From positions 7,192,001 through 7,256,000 of the forward strand of contig NC_091289.1 in the NCBI RefSeq assembly GCF_032444005.1: a stretch of 64,000 bases of DNA, written 5' to 3'. Positions 62,353-64,000 of the stretch are shown here, in pieces. The DNA is from Ranitomeya imitator. Taxonomy: Eukaryota. Below the pieces are notes generated by a model that searched no databases, was not told the DNA's origin, and was given only the letters and a program-made list of their open reading frames with translations. The position numbers and the translations under genes were made by a program. Numbering within the stretch: position 1 is the first letter of the stretch; each line of letters starts with the position of its first letter.

Positions 62353-63856
62353 TAAAGGTGATATTTTTGAGAATAACCATTATGGATCAGAGACAATTTG
62401 CTGATTGCTGGGACCCCCCGGTTATCTGGAGTGTGGGGCTGGGACCCCTGATGATCTGATCTGGAGTGTGGGGCTGTATCCTGCTAATCGCTGGGACCCC
62501 CGGTGATCTGGAGCGTGGGGCTGTGTCCTGCATGGATCAGAGTTTCGGCTTTCACACCATTCATTGTCTATGAGACTGCCAGGTTCAGCGCTCAGCTGTT
62601 CCCAGTAGTGTCGTAGACGATGAATGAGTTGTTTTTTTTTCCCCTCATGCACATGAATGGGCAAAAAAAAAACCACTGAAATTTCCTTGCTGCAGATCTG
62701 AGAAAACACTTTAACTAAAATCCGCAAAGAAAAATCAGCCGTGTGTGAGTTTAGAAATGTACCGTAATCCACCGCTGATGCTGTGTGAACACGTCCGCAC
62801 TTGTTTTACTACTTTGGAAGCTGAGTGATGACTGCCGTACCATCATTTGTCACAAAGAGGTGATCAACTATATTAATATGAATTCTCTCCTCCAACTTAA
62901 TATAAACTGACACATTGGAGTCCAGGGAGCAGATTATAGCTATAAATGGCTGTCCGGGTTGCGAGTCAAGTGGGCGGTCCTTATCAGTGTCTGAATGACA
63001 GCTTTCCTTGTACAAGTGTTTAGTCATAGCTGTCAATAACCACAGCAGCCTGGACCGCCCGATTGGCTTTATATCCTGTGATGAGCAGAGGGTTAAATTA
63101 ATATTTTTGCACAGAGCTATAGATCAGTGTGCTCCGCTGAGCAGACTGGAAATGCACTGCAATGTGACAGGTTCCCCTTCAAATACATTTAATTGTGGTT
63201 ACAACTATTTGCAACAATGTTTCATTTAAGTGTTTCAGCTTTTGCGTTCTGTAGCCTCTGTGATGCGCTGTCACTTGCTGGCTACAGAAGGAGTTGACTG
63301 AGAACCTGGCAGTGAGCTCCTTCTATAGGGAACTTGTCAATGAATGCTGCCAAACCCCGCTCGGCACAACTGCAGCCGTGCACAGTGTAATTTCTTTGCA
63401 GCTCTCATTTATTGTAAATGATCTGCGCTTTCCCAACGCTGCTCCAGGTGATTGACAGGTCTCTAGCAGCGCTGGGAAGAGAGCGGAGGGGAGCGACGAC
63501 GGACTAATCTGGGCTCCGCTATAGTAGCCATATTGTCCCGAACACCTGCCTGTGACTGGTGCAGCAGGAATTGTGACCGCTTCAAATTTGATTTGAGGGG
63601 GAACAAAAAGCAAACAGAAGCCAATAGGTCCCCCTGCTTGACTCACCCTCCCCTGGTCCAGCAATCAGTGTGGTGATGATGCAGAGCAGTGAATAGAGCT
63701 GGAGTGACAGAGGCTTCAGATCTACCATAGCTCTTCGGCCCCCTTTCGTATATAAACTCAAACTCTGACTTGTCAGTAACGGATGAGCGGACTCTGAGAT
63801 ATATAGATTTATTTTAGTTCATGGGTTGCATGTGTGGTTTCTTTTCAGCCACATGC

Positions 63857-63918
63857 TGGATTATTGGTCGTTCTGGATTATTGGTCGTTCTGGATTATTG
63901 GTCGTTCTGGATTATCGG
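63857..63918. repeat. 17-bp tandem repeat, about 3.5 copies
   Basis: Unit ggattattggtcgttct. Confidence 0.85.
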
Positions 63919-64000
63919 CCTCCTGGTCCCATCTGACGCTGGCTGCTCCGTACTCTTCCCAGAATCTGCTCCTCTGGAGTTCTGCGGAGTAACAATTAAT

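Noticed and set aside
55800-64000. ITPR1 coding exon
   Set aside because: I found no ITPR1 N-terminal coding sequence, so no gene symbol was assigned.

Overview
Vertebrate genomic DNA, very probably anuran (inferred from the repeat families). About half of the 64 kb is simple or minisatellite tandem arrays (roughly 20 distinct arrays), and these generate nearly all the long ORFs in the supplied track. Two real protein-coding genes lie tail-to-tail. (i) A SET-only SETMAR orthologue on +: 2 coding exons, 24671-24757 and 29483-30250, 284 aa, no mariner domain. (ii) SUMF1 (formylglycine-generating enzyme) on -: 9 exons, 45473 to 31472, 347 aa, all introns GT-AG. A CRE/CCAAT/TATA CpG-rich promoter at about 55.2-55.4 kb (+) is probably the non-coding 5' end of ITPR1, by synteny inference only. 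Mobile elements: a 6.8 kb three-level nest (dead DD34E Tc1 containing a Harbinger MITE and a TTAA piggyBac-like element, which itself carries telomere-like repeats and another Harbinger MITE), several other Harbinger and hAT MITEs, a non-autonomous Helitron, L2 3' ends, and a Penelope-like insertion. Most interesting observations: a minimal hammerhead ribozyme in the loop of a 256-bp near-perfect inverted repeat; a palindromic AATAAAgTTTATT site that could polyadenylate both SETMAR and SUMF1; a recurrent cassette of divergent splice donors around a GC-rich palindrome in unrelated transposons; CLEAR-like boxes at the SUMF1 start; and a clean TA-bounded inversion inside a minisatellite.
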